A DNA stretch of 63,704 nt, counting the filler, from Licmophora abbreviata (lineage: Eukaryota): assembly GCA_900291995.1 (NCBI GenBank). It is 13 parts of 13 records of this genome, joined end to end, with 100 filler letters (N's around TTAATTAATTAA, not from the genome) between each part and the next. Parts side by side here need not be neighbours in the genome. Positions count along the whole stretch, not along the records: positions 1 to 5,551 come from OLMU01006115.1; positions 5,652 to 8,636 come from OLMU01006116.1; positions 8,737 to 17,325 come from OLMU01006117.1; 10 more parts are not named here. One strand, 5' to 3'. The position numbers and the translations under genes were made by a program. Each line of letters starts with the position of its first letter. Within the stretch, counting starts at the first letter, position 1. Below are positions 1 through 11,900 of the stretch, piece after piece. Below the pieces are notes generated by a model. It worked only from the letters and a program-made list of their open reading frames with translations, was not told the DNA's origin and ran no database searches.

Positions 1-765
1 TCCATTGTACGACCGTTTACAGTTGTCAGGGCGGCTTCCGTCTTGATGCTGGGAGAATGTTCGGTCGCCTTGCCTTCCAGCGGGATCAAGTGAGCGGGAT
101 TCATGGTCGCGGGACGCAGCTGTGACAGTCGAGACACTATTGGGACAGCTCCAAGACGAATGCGTGGTGTGTTCCTCGTTGTGAAGAGAGGGAAAGCTCT
201 TGTGTGCACGTTTGTGTCCCATGAGACATTGTAAATCATCTGTAGTGTATTCGTACCAGCGCATCCGTAGAAGCTACGGCAGTGAACGATTCATTCCATC
301 CGTCCACCGAAAGTTCAACCAGCTGTGACAAACCATGTCGTCTTGAGACACTTTGATTTATGGCGAATGGCGTATACACGTCAGTGTTAGTATCCGAAGC
401 ACAAGCTCGTCTGGTGTCCCAGTTTCCCAGAACATCCACTTCGAGACTTTTCGTACAATTTGAAATTATTAAACTTGTCACACTACGAAGTAGAGAAATC
501 CAGAAATGTGAAAAATCCAAAACAGGATAGCCTTCAGTAAAAATAGAAAAATAGACATATTTGGACCCTGTACTGGAAGGCATAGTTTTTTAATTTGCGC
601 TGACGTTGCAGACCAGATGTCGAGCGTTAATTAAATTCATTCGCAGATGTTCTCTCTGACGCGCGATGACAGTCCTGGGAGTACGATACCTAAGGCAGGT
701 GCGAATGTGACGCTCGTTGCGACTGTCAAAACGACTTCGTCACTTTGTCGCACAAGCAAGACACC

Positions 766-2119
766 ATGGCCACCGATAGCAAGACCGCAGAAACGGCAGT
801 TGATGTTGATCCAGAGTCGAGGGAGGCTTCAAGGCTCGAGAGTGAGGCGAGAGAGAAAGGAATTACTTCGTCCACACGACAGAGCAACGAAGAGCAAGAA
901 GGCGGTGTCCAAGATGCGCAGGACGCTGTTGTCGGTGGAGAGGAGGCGGACGAGGACGAGCCCCAACCAACGGCGACCTTTCCTCAAAGGGTGAGTTCCA
1001 TGTGCTGGCCGTGAATGACATCATTCGCGAAGACTGACTCATTTGTTTCTTTGTTTGTCGCCGTCCTTCTAAAACGGTACTGGGACTACACTCTCCCTGC
1101 ACTTGCTGTAGCTGATGAATATCCTTGCAAACGAAGAGCACGCGGACGTCATGGCGTGGCTTCCACACGGGAAGGGTTTCGTGATTCGCGATAAAAAGCG
1201 CTTTGAGACGGAGATCATGCCCCTGTATTTCAAAAGAAGTAAATTCACCAGCTTTACTCGAAAGCTGAACCGATGGAATTTTCAGAGAGTATCGCGGGGA
1301 TCAGAGGCAGGGGCGTACTATCATGACCATTTTCAGCGAGGAAACGTTCGTCTTTGTATGCAAATGGCTTGCAAAAGCGAAAGACCCAAGCTCCCCCTGG
1401 CCGAGCGTGCCCTGGCAAGTCACTTTGCTCCCTGGTCGCAAGATGTCTTGTCCCAGCAGCTGTTGACACAGCAACAACAACAGGCGGCAGTCCTGGCGGC
1501 CGCTGGCCTTACCTCGCAGACTAAACTGTTTCACGACCAGAATACAGTCGCCGGAAGAATTCGACAACTAGACCAGCACCTACAGCAACAGCAGCATATG
1601 GCGGCGCTTGCGGGACTGGCAGCCAACGCCAATCCTGTACTCGCCGCTCAGCTGGCTGTATTGGGAGCTCCCGTCGCACCAGGGTTTGGTGTCCCGAGAA
1701 TTCCTGTGCCGATGGCTGCGGCGCCTGGTTCCAATCCATCCATGTTTCTTCCGTTTGCCGTTGGCACAGGCATTCAAGCACTCCAACGACAAGACAACAA
1801 TAAGACAGCTGCCGACAACTATATTGCCATGCTCATGGCCCAAGAAAAGATGAACACCCAGATGGCAGCAGCCGCCCCCATGGTCAATAGCACCAACAGT
1901 GACAACAAGGCTATGGAAGACGCCCTTCGGTCGACAGCACAGCGAACCCAGATGAATCTGCTGCAGCAAGCTGCTCAGCAACAGCAGCCAATGGATCAGC
2001 AGCCAAGGCCGCTCCAAGGGGGTGAGTCCAACTTGCCGGATCCGGGCAGTCCGGGAGACATGGACCCCAACGGACCTACTGGTAGTCGAGGAAATATCAA
2101 ACGTGCCTCTGCCGCTTAG
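766..2119 (+). CDS. HSF: Heat shock factor (HSF)-type DNA-binding transcription factor, 2 exons (766-990, 1112-2119)
   Basis: A GTGAGT donor at 991 and a TAG acceptor at 1111 join ...TFPQR to LMNILANEEHADVMAWLPHGKGFVIRDKKRF...YFKRSKFTSFTRKLNRWNF...YYHDHFQRG, a canonical HSF DNA-binding domain. The C-terminus is Q/A-rich and low complexity. Confidence 0.92.
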
Positions 2120-2802
2120 TTGTGGCTAACCCCAACAGGACTGTTCAGGCCTCAAGGCCGGACTCTACATTTGTGTTGTGCAATAAGCATTATGGATGTT
2201 CTATAATTCTTTGTATTTTTAAAAATTGAGTGCTAGAGAGCTAGATCATGCGCGTTCGTCACCACAAGCTCTGTTTCCGTACCTAATTGCTAATCTTCGG
2301 CGATCGGCATGACTGGCCATCTTACACGACAACAGTATAGGACAGAATACTGTAGCTAGTAACATGGGGGACTCGGCATGCGGAAAGGGCCATCGTCTAC
2401 ACATTATTTCTTTGCAGTGGTCCAGTGAGAGAAATGACAGCAACCTACGCTCGAAAGACATAGGAGAGGCCGTGTCAGCACACACCGCATTAGCCTATGT
2501 ATAACGACGACGACTCGACTGATTGGCTCGACCCTCGCATCCCCCCATCCGCGCAGCCGGCAGTTACCCTCTCACAATGTTATCGGAGCTCGGAGCACTC
2601 ACATACGTCATCAAGCTAGCGAGCGTCAGTGTCGTACGTCATTCTTCACTCTCTGATTCCGTACGCACGTTCCTTGTGGTAGTCATATACAGAAATGACG
2701 GAATTTCGGATGAAGTGGCTGACCACCGCAAAAACTTTCGGGGCCATCCAAAGTTCTGCTTACAGACGTTCGGACACATCACAAAAACATCAAACGGCCA
2801 CC

Positions 2803-3942
2803 ATGATTTCGTTCTCCAAGAGCGTTCTTGGCGCGCTTCTTCTTGCACTATACTACAGCGACAACGCCGTCAGTGCATTTGCACCGTCAGTGGTTTTGGT
2901 AAGTTATTGCAAGGAAGAAGGACAGAAAGAAAGAAATTGGCGCTCTGGAACCCATCACGTACGCTTGGTGAGGGGTGCAGCTGACTCTTCCGGAGGCGTC
3001 GCTCACCCACCGGCTGCGTGGGTTCTACGTGGCCCTCGTACACGTATTGATAGGTTATGGGCTGTTTGATTGGAAGGTACCCGAGGCTTATCATGCTCCT
3101 GGTACTTGTTCGGATGTGTTTCGCCACTTCTAGTCACTATGTTGTCGCTGGATCGCAGTGAAACAGTTCAGGGTACAATACTGACCGATATCAGAAGTTT
3201 GACGGTGTTTTTCGACGCCGCCTCGTCGGTTTCTCTGCCATTCTTCAGACACGGCCCAGTGTCGTAAGACGCAGTACGATGTCTACGTGGACTATATTGT
3301 GTTGACGAAATCGAAAAGAACAACACGATGGCTCTCGTGTCCTCTATGAGTCTTTCATGGATGTGTCTAACCAACTCCTTTCTCCCTATTGATATGCAGG
3401 GTGCGCAGAAAGGTAGACAGACATCTCGATTCCAACCAGTATCCGTGTCTCTGTCCGAAATTGGCGATACAGTCGGTGATGATGTGGAAGACGTAGACTC
3501 TCCAGCTCCAGAGGATTACATTGTAAATGTAGGGGACTTGGAGGGATCGGAAGAAGATGGGATTGACGATGACGGAGAACCCCCCGTATGGTACGCATCC
3601 CAGCAGCGCATGGACGAACTTCGAATCAAACACCGACGACATGACAAGGACACGGGAAGTCCAGAGTTCCAGGTGGCTGGCATGACAGAACGCATTTCCT
3701 ACCTTACCAAGCACCTCAAGGCGCATCCCAAGGATTTCTCCACGCGTCGCGGCCTTGTTGCCCTTGTCAACAAGCGTCGTCGTCTACTCAATTATTTGTT
3801 TCGGGAAGATGTGGACCGCTATTCCGCACTGGTCAATTCCTTGGGAGTTCGTCACAAGGCGCCAAGCAAGGTTACGGATCGTGTCGAACAGTACGGCAGG
3901 TTCCCTCCCCAAAAGTCGATCAAGAAACATTTGAAGAAGTAA
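2803..3942 (+). CDS. rps15: Plastid-targeted ribosomal protein S15 (exons 2803-2898, probable microexon 3249-3263, 3400-3942)
   Basis: uS15 motif DTGSPEFQVAGMTERISYLTKHLKAHPKDFSTRRGLVALVNKRRRLLNYL. The upstream exon MISFSKSVLGALLLALYYSDNAVSAFAPSVVL is a signal peptide with an ASAFAP-type motif and ends at GTAAGT (2899). The CAG acceptor at 3399 is in phase. Confidence 0.9.
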
Positions 3943-4381
3943 AGATGGACATATTTTAACAAATAGTGTGCTGGCGTAAGAATGGCGTGTGTGATGGCCT
4001 GGCTATGGTGTGTCTCGCCTTGCTCGTCGATTCATATGATATTTTCTACCGGTGCTGTACCGGTATCACACTCGTAGGCAGGCTGGAAAATGTGACGAGA
4101 TGGCCGTCTGCGTATGCCCTTCTCCATGTGCTATGACCATCGGCACTACGGTCTTGCGATCGGTCCCATACCTGACCGGAACAAACGACCATAACAGCCA
4201 ACTAGGTACCTGTATCAGGATGCCATACATTCTTAGTTTACTGCCGCCCATGCTTCGTCTCCAACGTAATGCGTAATACGATCTTGAAGAGTACAGAAGC
4301 TGTACCTGCTTCGGCTCGGCATTTGTTTCGCTTTGGCGTGTGGCACAACCGTTTTGCTGAACAAAAACCCTCGCTGCTGCA

Positions 4382-5200
4382 CTACTTGTCGATGAAATCT
4401 GGATTCTTCAGAACATAATGTTGAAAAGCATGCAACTTCCCAAGCGGATGTGATAAAAGCCATCCGTTACCATGGTCACGGCCCCATCTATCCTCGCAGT
4501 CCTTCGCCTCTTCCATGAGAGCAAAAATGTCATCCTGAGGAGTGACTTTGGACCCTTTTCGGAAGTAACACCCTGTCGGCCATGCATACTTGGGAGAATC
4601 GTAGTGAATGCCGTCCCCGCGAGCGAGTTTCGAGACTTGACAAATGACTTTCCGAAAGTTTTGACGAGATAGCTTACCATCAAGACACATGAACTGCTCA
4701 AACTTGGGAATATAGTCGCCGAATCTGATCTTAGAAAGAGCTGTCTTTTCTGCCGCAGTGAGGGGTCGGCGATCTCCCGACTGTCGACAAACGGCGTTGC
4801 TGCGGGGTATGTATTTGATAACAGCTTTACTTTCTTTGGGTTGTGGGCCTCTGACATGCGGTCTTACCATCTTAACGTTTGCAAGTTGCTGTACGACATG
4901 AGTGGCATCCTCGTGGGCGTAGGACAACATGACGAGTTTGGCGCTCGAGTTGGCTTTGCGACGATTCAAGCGCGTCGAGCGTCGTTCAGGAACGTGATCC
5001 CAAATTTTCCTCGCAACTGCTGACCTTTTCTTCTTTTTCTTTTTCTTCTTCTTATCGAGAGATCCGTTGAGGTGCTTCTTGGCCTGATCCAGACCGAGAC
5101 TCTTCAGTTTGGCGTTGTTTTTGGCAATCTTCTCGAGACGGAGTTTCTCGTAGGCCGAGATCTCGATGTCATCTGTGGCGACTGTAGCGGCCGGGGGCAT
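4382..5200 (-). CDS. Hypothetical basic, probably nuclear protein
   Basis: 272-aa ORF. The N-terminal SAYEKLRLEKIAKNNAKLKSLGL helix is of a type common in chromatin-associated proteins. It has a poly-Lys NLS-like tract, an RRSTRL motif and a globular-looking C-terminus. Confidence 0.65.
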   Translation of the reverse strand: MPPAATVATDDIEISAYEKLRLEKIAKNNAKLKSLGLDQAKKHLNGSLDKKKKKKKKKRSAVARKIWDHVPERRSTRLNRRKANSSAKLVMLSYAHEDATHVVQQLANVKMVRPHVRGPQPKESKAVIKYIPRSNAVCRQSGDRRPLTAAEKTALSKIRFGDYIPKFEQFMCLDGKLSRQNFRKVICQVSKLARGDGIHYDSPKYAWPTGCYFRKGSKVTPQDDIFALMEEAKDCEDRWGRDHGNGWLLSHPLGKLHAFQHYVLKNPDFIDK

Positions 5201-5551
5201 TATCGACTAAGGGCCGCAATCAACAGACAGTACCAGCTTTGCTGCAACTTCAAAGAGCGTTGAGACGAACAAGAAATCTTGGACTTTTGCGTCTTCACGT
5301 GAACGTCACCAGGTACGCAACCGGTATAATACTCACATTGAATTGTTGTTCTTTGCATCGAATGTGGATCTTTTTTGGAAGAGAGATGGAGGGAAATTCG
5401 CTCCAACGGAGAGCCAAATTTGAAAGTCTTCATTTACGATTAAATATATATATATCTTATGCGGCGTGTGTCTGTACTTCTGTGCGTCTGTGTCACTTCG
5501 AGAACGACGGACGTCTGACGTGGCTTTTCTCGTTTTTGAGTTTGCCGGAGC

Positions 5552-5651
5552 NNNNNNNNNNNNNNNNNNNNNNNNNNNNNNNNNNNNNNNNNNNNTTAAT
5601 TAATTAANNNNNNNNNNNNNNNNNNNNNNNNNNNNNNNNNNNNNNNNNNNN
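5552..5651. other. Artificial contig linker (N44-TTAATTAATTAA-N44). The same linker occurs at 8637-8736, 17326-17425, 22771-22870, 24286-24385, 33530-33629, 37690-37789, 41646-41745, 46508-46607, 50282-50381, 57243-57342 and 59087-59186
   Basis: An identical 100-nt spacer with stops in all six frames occurs 12 times. Confidence 0.99.
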
Positions 5652-5837
5652 AAACCATGGGATCGTGATTGTAGTAACCATACAGTATCGATAGAAAGAA
5701 AGGGTTCATCATCGACAGTATTGTATCAAGTACTGCACCAGTGCTGGAAGACTGCTTTGCGACATCGTGTGAAACCCCTGCTACAAGACTCGACTGCCCC
5801 GTCGCGGTTGGAAAGAGTAGAGCAAGAGTACCACTAG

Positions 5838-6710
5838 GTGATGATGTTGACGTCGGCATTCTTCGTGCTTTCGTTGCAGATTCTGCTCGTGGCTTTCCTC
5901 GGGCAAGCCTACTCCTGCAAGGCACTTGGAACCACCACTACGACATGTCGGACGACGCATGGTGTATCGCCACGACGGCCGTTGGTTGTACGACATGCCT
6001 CCAGCGAACAGAACAACGAAGACGACGAAGAAGACAGCACGAGTGACGATGGCGGCCACACGCAGGAGCCCGAAAAATATCTAAACGACGACGCCGCATT
6101 TTCCTATTATAATCGAGTGGATGACGAGGGTGAGAACATTGTGACTCAGGAAATGCTCTGGCGTGATCTACTGGAGGACCCAACAGTGAAGCGCCTCGGC
6201 ACAAAGAACAAAAACACCTACAAGACTCTGGACAATCGCGATGCGCTGCCGTTTGTTGTCCAGCTAGTCACGCCAGATCCGTATACACCAAAGGCTCAAC
6301 TCGCCAAGGAACTCAAAAAGAATACAGAACGGCAAAAGAACTCAATCAACAGTAAAAAGAATAAAGGAGACCTAACCATGGGGACAATGCGTGGCAACTC
6401 AAGGCGTAAAGACGCAACCAACATTGCGGCATCCATTTACACACTCCAAAATGACGGAAGTCGACAACGGGTTCTGGGTGAGTTTCACCTGGACAAGTCG
6501 ACTTCTTCTGGGGATCTTCTCCAGGTGGGGGATCAGGAGTTCCAAGTCCAGTCTGCACGGTGCCAGTACAAATACGCAGGTGGCAAACGATTCGTCATGG
6601 TCCGAAAAATTCTTGAAGTCAAGGAAGTGACACGTGTGGCCCAGGAGGAATCGTTGCACAAGCAATTTCAAGACACGCGAACTGAAGAACCACCCCCAGA
6701 CTTGGAATAG
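5838..6710 (+). CDS. Hypothetical protein with signal peptide and transit-like region (likely plastid)
   Basis: 290-aa ORF with a hydrophobic N-terminus, then a T/R-rich segment and an acidic linker. The C-terminal beta-rich domain reads LGEFHLDKSTSSGDLLQVGDQEFQVQSARCQYKYAGGKRF. Confidence 0.75.
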   Translation: MMMLTSAFFVLSLQILLVAFLGQAYSCKALGTTTTTCRTTHGVSPRRPLVVRHASSEQNNEDDEEDSTSDDGGHTQEPEKYLNDDAAFSYYNRVDDEGENIVTQEMLWRDLLEDPTVKRLGTKNKNTYKTLDNRDALPFVVQLVTPDPYTPKAQLAKELKKNTERQKNSINSKKNKGDLTMGTMRGNSRRKDATNIAASIYTLQNDGSRQRVLGEFHLDKSTSSGDLLQVGDQEFQVQSARCQYKYAGGKRFVMVRKILEVKEVTRVAQEESLHKQFQDTRTEEPPPDLE

Positions 6711-6872
6711 GGTCGAATGGGAGGATACTTCTATAGCTACAGTTTATAGTTATAAAAAACTTGTATCATACGTCGCCCGCGTTGGCACTGTCTGGCCCAC
6801 TCACGCCGTAGAGCAGCAAGCTAGAAAGAGTCTGGGTAGCGCATGCAATGACGGTATTCGTGTGGTAAGCTT

Positions 6873-8253
6873 CTATTGCTCGTCGTCGACATCCGATGCC
6901 GACTCTCCGTTCTCATAAATGATCAGACTTTTTGGTACGTGACCTCTCCGCATGACCCGGTCAGCCACATCATACAGATACCTGGCTTCTTCTCGCGATG
7001 GCATCGGGTTGGACTTGTGTGTGGGTGGTTGCATACGTCTCGCCCGACTCCAAAGCTGTTTCATTTCGTATTGCAAGGCAACGCTGCTTTTGGGCATGCG
7101 ACCGAAAATTGTGTAATGCACCACGCAGCCTTGTAGAAAGGTCCCAAGTGGTGACGCGTGTACTTCGTCAATATGAAACAACTTCAACCAAACGCTGTAA
7201 TTCTCTTCATAGACTGTGAGAAATGCGAGAGCGACGGGTGCTATTCTGGGTTTCTGTGATTCAGGCAAGTGTTTGGCCAGCACTTGGGCGTATTGCTTGT
7301 ATCCCTCGTAGGTGAGACTGGTGAAAGTAGGAACGTCGACTAGTCCAGTCAGATCTCGCCATTCCGTCCAATATGCGTGTGTCACCAGAAAGACAGGAGT
7401 GGCCCCCGAAATAAGAAACCACTCGACGTACATGCTTTTGAGCATTTCCAAAGATGTTTGTCGACTCGAGTTGCGAGCTGGACTCCTGGTGTTGTCGTTC
7501 AAGACGACGTAGTCCCAACGCACCGTTCGATTCGAATAGTATTCTTCTTGCTGATACTCATAGTAGCCCTCACTCACATAGCAGGGATTCGTACCGTCAT
7601 TATACAAGCTCCCACTGCTCGTATAGCTAGAACTTTGGTCATAGAGCAGGTTCGCGTCCAGTTCATCGTCGTATCCAAAGAGGAGCTGGTGCACAGTGCA
7701 GGCTCCATAATCGTAAATCGACTCATTCCCACTCGACTCGACAAGGGCGTTCTCAGTCATCCACTTTGAGTACATTCCGTTTCCAGTCGACAGAAGGTTG
7801 TTTAAATTGGCATTGCCGTGTAAGCATGAATTCTGATCAATGTGATCGTCAGATAGCGCCTCCATGAATCGGGGAAAGTCACTAAGCAGTAGAATCGGAC
7901 GGGAGAAAGGCAGAGTGTGAGCGAGCTCCAAGAGAGATGAGGTATAGCAGGAAGCACTTCGCGAGCAACTAGTCCAGCAGTATCGAAACTTACTTGTAGT
8001 ATTGCACTGGAATTACGGGAGGAGGGAAAGCAGGGGAAGAGGAATGAGATGGACGATTACTGTGACACTGTAACAGACGAGCGAGAGATGCCAATTAAAT
8101 CAAGGCTGTAAATTGCGACGTACTGGAATTTCCCATGAAAGCTACCCTGACATTGGGGTAGACAAGCGGTGGCATCGTGAACCCTAGAATGATAAAGACG
8201 GCAAATCCTCCAGCCAATGCAGGATAGGACCAGCGTGGGAGGCTTGACGTCAT
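6873..8253 (-). CDS. Membrane-anchored SGNH/GDSL-hydrolase-like protein (exons 8253-8124, 8006-7994, 7881-6873)
   Basis: Splicing at GT-AG sites reconstructs RVAFMGNS-MQYYN-DFPRF (block I, GNS). WDYVVLND and DEVH (DxxH, block V) follow. There is an N-terminal TM segment. Confidence 0.75.
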
Positions 8254-8965
8254 GATGTAGGAGGAGCGATGAGCGATGCCTACAGGAATGGGGCTCCTGG
8301 TTGGCTCATCAACGGGGTGATTCACAAGAAGGCTGTGTGCTTAGCAAAGGCTAATGCGGCTCCGGCAACAGTCTGTGTCGTCGTGAGGTCTAGTGACTGC
8401 TGTATTGGGCAGGTCGGGTTGATGGAAGACTGCAGGTACCTGTGCTTATAGGCCGTCGTCCATTCATTTCCCATTGGCGTTCTTTCGTTCGTTCGCTAAA
8501 AAGGTCACACCCGGCCAAAACAACAACAGAAAGGATGAGATGCCCAATGATAAGTTATATATTGCTATCGTTCACGTAGTACGTTTAATGGACCTTTCAA
8601 CACCATAAACGGCTTTTGAATATACACTAACATAAANNNNNNNNNNNNNNNNNNNNNNNNNNNNNNNNNNNNNNNNNNNNTTAATTAATTAANNNNNNNN
8701 NNNNNNNNNNNNNNNNNNNNNNNNNNNNNNNNNNNNCTCACTAATAGTTAGATACACGGTCACGCTCTCAGGTCTAAAATTTTGCGGTGCGCACATGACG
8801 TGAGCTCCACGCATCCGTGTGAGCATCTGAGCGTCTCGTCAAATCTACACGCAAAAATACAAAATACGCCGAACACTTTCAAGTTCATTCATACTCGCAG
8901 CTGCGGTCGTAGTTTGAAGAAGACTTCCACAGTCCACTTCCGGAGACAGTCCAGACCGAAAGGGC

Positions 8966-11900
8966 ATGAGCAGTGAGCCTCGGAAAGACGACTGTGGCCC
9001 TGGAATGTCTTGGTTCAGACTGATATGTGGCGGAATCGCCGTCGCATGCGTGGCCAACGCGGCGCTTCATTTCTACGCCTCGAGTCTCCTCGGATCCAGT
9101 TCCTGGACCTTTGTCGTCCCGCCCGTCGTCGAGCGTAGTGGAATTGTCATCTTTGGCGCGGGGGGAAACATCGGTTCCACCTTGATGATTCATCTCGAGA
9201 GCCAAGGTTACGAAGTGCTTGGTTACGACCGAGACCCTCGACTGCCACAACTGCAAATTCACCCTCTTGCAAGCCAGGACGTCACTAGAAAACATCTGAA
9301 AGACTTTCGCCACGTTATCTTTCTGGGCGGATGCACGCAGAGAAGGGCATGCGAAATGCTATCTGATGAGGAAATTAAACAGGAAAACATCGATAGTGTC
9401 CTTCACTTGGCCACCAACATGGATGCCGACCAACAACTCATTGTGGCTTCTACCTCCGCGGTTACCGAAGGCAGTGGCTACGAGGCCCTAGAAGAGACGG
9501 GGTCTATTCACGAAGAACTACTGGACGCATACTCCATGTCCATGTACAGGCGAGAAAAGGCACTCAGGAACCTTATCGGTAAACAAGGAGGTCCCGATAC
9601 CGTGGCTCTCCGATTCGGCACGGTCGTCGGGGTATCGCCTGGACAGAGAGTTGACTTGGCTGTCCCTTCCTTGTTTAGAAGTGCATACACCACAGGAGTT
9701 CTTCGCATGACACATGGCGAGACGGCGAGAAGCTTCTTGTGTCTCTCCGATTTGACCAGGGCATTCGGTACTCTTATTGAGAGCCACAGACGTTCGCAAA
9801 CATCCGGCGGAACCTTTCGAATCTTTCACTGGGCTACGTTCGACGCAAGTATTGAGAAAATCGTAACGTCCATTGCCATGCGAACTGGAGCTAGGATCGA
9901 TGCGGTCGACGTCAGTGACCCAGATCTGGTGGGCTTCACTTTGGATACCTCTCGTTTCCGGGCAGCCTTCAACTTCACTTTTCAGGGGTCACTCAAACAT
10001 GCTCTGGATGAAATGGAAGCCAGCATTCCAGACTCTATTACAGGAAAGGGAGTTCACAGTGCACAACCAATCCAGATTGGCAATGGCACCAAGGAATCTG
10101 TCCCATGCCCAGTATGCGGTTCTCACCACGTGCATGAAGTCATTGATCTGGACCATCAGCCCCTTGCGAACGACTTTCGCGAGACTGAAGCAGAAGCACT
10201 CAGCAGTCCTCGATTCCCTCTGAAGCTTGTGAGATGTAGTGTGTGTCATCACATGTATCTCTCACAAGTTGCTGACCGCGCCGAGCTCTTTTCTGATTAC
10301 TTGTATCGATCAGCAACCAGTGCTACACTACAGAAATATTTTAAATGGCTTGCAGCGAAAGTAGTAAGCGAATCTGAATTCAAGGGAAAACAAGGATCGG
10401 TGCTGGAGCTTGCATGCAATGATGGCACCCAGTTAAATGAATTCCGGACTCTTGGATGGAAGACGTATGGCGTCGATCCTGCAGCCAACTTGGTACCGAA
10501 AGCCATCGAACAAGGCCACGTAGTCAAGGTTGGCTTTTGGGGAACGGAGATGGAGTTTTCGGAATTGCCTCCACCAAATCAGCTCAACGCCGTCGTAGCG
10601 CAGAATGTGTTAGCACATGTCCCACGACCGGTCGAGTTCCTCCAGAAGTGTGCAGCTGCAATGGGTCAGCAAACACGACTTTACATCCAAACATCGCAAT
10701 GCCAAATGCATCAGCTCGGGCAGTTCGATACTGCTTACCATGAACATATTTCGTTTTTCACCGGACATTCATTTCAAAAAGCGGCTGAACTATCTGGTTT
10801 GGTTGTCACAAATTTTGAGCTTACTCCCATTCACGGTACCTCGTGCTTGGTAACATTGCGCCTCCAGTCGGCTTTCAGCGGAGTAAGCGAAAGCATGCAG
10901 AAGCGGCTGAGCGAAGAAGACCGCGATGGAATCACGACCGATTTTTTCTATATGAAATATAAAGCGAGGGCCTTGTTCATCCGCTCTTGGGTATCATCGC
11001 AGTTGCAAATGCTGGCGAGTCAGGGTTTCACCATTGGTGCGTATGGTGCGGCAGCCAAGGGCATGGTACTCCTACACTTCATGCTTGCTGAGAACGAGAC
11101 CAGCTTCCAGCTTGACTTTGTTATAGACGACGCCCCATTGAAACAGAACAGATTCTGCCCTGGAACTTCGATCCCGGTGTGGCCAGCCGAAAGACTGAAA
11201 CAGATCGATGTAAAGAAGCCTCTTGCAATCCTCGTGCTTGCATGGAATTTCTGGCCTGAGATTGCAAGCAAGCTTCGACGGGAGCTGAAAGGACTCCGCA
11301 GGGAGATTTTGGTGGTGCTGCCATTTCCCGAGGCGAGATTGGTCCGGCTCTCGCTAGAAGACGAAATTTCTTCTGACCTCGATTTTGGTTCTTCTCAAGA
11401 CAGCGATCAAGTGAACACGGCAGAAACCGTTGTGGACATGCCCTATTTCCCGACTTCAATCCTCAATCCTCTCCGTGACGCCCAGAGGCACAAGATTTTG
11501 CTGATTGCTGAATTCGGCGATGAAGAGCTGCTTCTCCCCTATTGGATCAGACACCATGCGCCCATGTTTGACCATGTCGTCCTAGTCGACTTTCAAAGCA
11601 CCGATCGATCTCTCGAAATCATTGAACGAACTGCCCCAGATTCTTGGACCGTGGTCCCTGCCTACAACCGGTCATCCTTGAACGCAGACGCGAGTGATAG
11701 GCAGATAATGGACATTGAGAATCAGCATGATCCTAGGGTGTGGGCTTTGACGCTGACAGCATCAGAGTTTCTTGTTCACCCAAGACTCAGAGAAATGCTC
11801 TCATTGGAGATGTTGAAGCCGTCTGAAAGCAAGGTATTCACTGCGGAGTCGTTGATGATCGTTGGGAACGAATCCGTGCCACTGCAGAGATTCAAGTCAC

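Noticed and set aside
5552..5651. Recurrent TTAATTAATTAA flanked by Ns as a biological repeat or CRISPR-like array
   Set aside because: It is an identical artificial six-frame-stop linker between contigs. ORFs ending in X...LIN are artefacts.
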